From the sequence record M19377.1: DNA of 5,833 bases, one strand, 5' to 3'. Below the pieces are notes generated by a model that saw only the letters and a program-made list of their open reading frames with translations, searched no databases and was not told where the DNA came from. Positions 5,764-5,833 of this stretch are shown piece by piece. Source of the DNA: Pseudomonas phage Pf3. The position numbers and the translations under genes are program-made. Position 1 is the first letter of the stretch; each line of letters opens with the position of its first letter.

Positions 5764-5833
5764 TGAGTTATTATGTTTGTGTTCAGCTTGTTAATGATGT
5801 TTGTCATGAATGGGCTGAACGTTCAGATTTGCT
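5763..5833 (+). CDS. 5' part of a small ORF (MSYYVCVQLVNDVCHEWAERSDL...) running off the window end. Its ATG overlaps the gene V stop (TAATG). An alternative +1-frame ATG at 5773 would encode a 20-aa hydrophobic peptide MFVFSLLMMFVMNGLNVQIC, terminated by TAA only if bases 5833/1/2 are contiguous.
   Basis: Position after gene V corresponds to gVII/gIX in Ff phages. The frame is continuous with the ORF ending at 106 if the sequence is circular ((5833-5763) mod 3 puts a codon at 5832-5833-1). No SD, so coupling to gene V is implied. Confidence 0.3.
   Translation, partial: MSYYVCVQLVNDVCHEWAERSDL

Noticed and set aside
1-5833. CRISPR arrays, tRNA/rRNA genes, integrase/transposase, toxin-antitoxin or defence-system genes
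   Set aside because: I looked for regularly spaced direct repeats, cloverleaf-like segments and additional ORFs, and found none. Every substantial ORF is accounted for by the inovirus gene set.

Overview
The window appears to be a complete circular genome of a small Pseudomonas-type filamentous ssDNA phage (Inoviridae). It is not an undescribed system. All plausible genes lie on the + strand and are tightly packed, several with overlapping or translationally coupled starts.

The 44-aa ORF at 120..254 reads MQSVITDVTGQLTAVQADITTIGGAIIVLAAVVLGIRWIKAQFF. I recognise this as the signal-peptide-less major coat protein of phage Pf3. The window length (5833 nt) and its start at a HindIII site (AAGCTT) are consistent with the published linearised Pf3 genome. 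That identification is from memory, not from a search.

Gene order is: major coat (44 aa), adsorption protein pIII-like (483 aa), pVI-like (93 aa, GTG start), pIV-type secretin (430 aa), Zot/pI-like assembly NTPase (301 aa), HUH rolling-circle replication initiator (278 aa), ORF71 (unknown), and a gVp-like ssDNA-binding protein (78 aa). A small ORF starting at 5763 runs off the window end. If the molecule is circular, it is in frame with the open frame that ends at 104-106.

Non-coding signals worth noting:
- A strong rho-independent terminator lies after the coat gene.
- A 17-nt palindrome-containing element (TTTAGCGGCTAAAATTT) occurs twice in analogous intergenic positions.
- A heptamer-repeat dyad region lies between the secretin and pI genes.
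- A GC-rich nested hairpin/direct repeat lies between pI and rep.

I see no CRISPR, tRNA, rRNA, transposase or integrase. Minus-strand and alternate-frame ORFs in the track look like compositional artefacts of the T-rich codon third positions.
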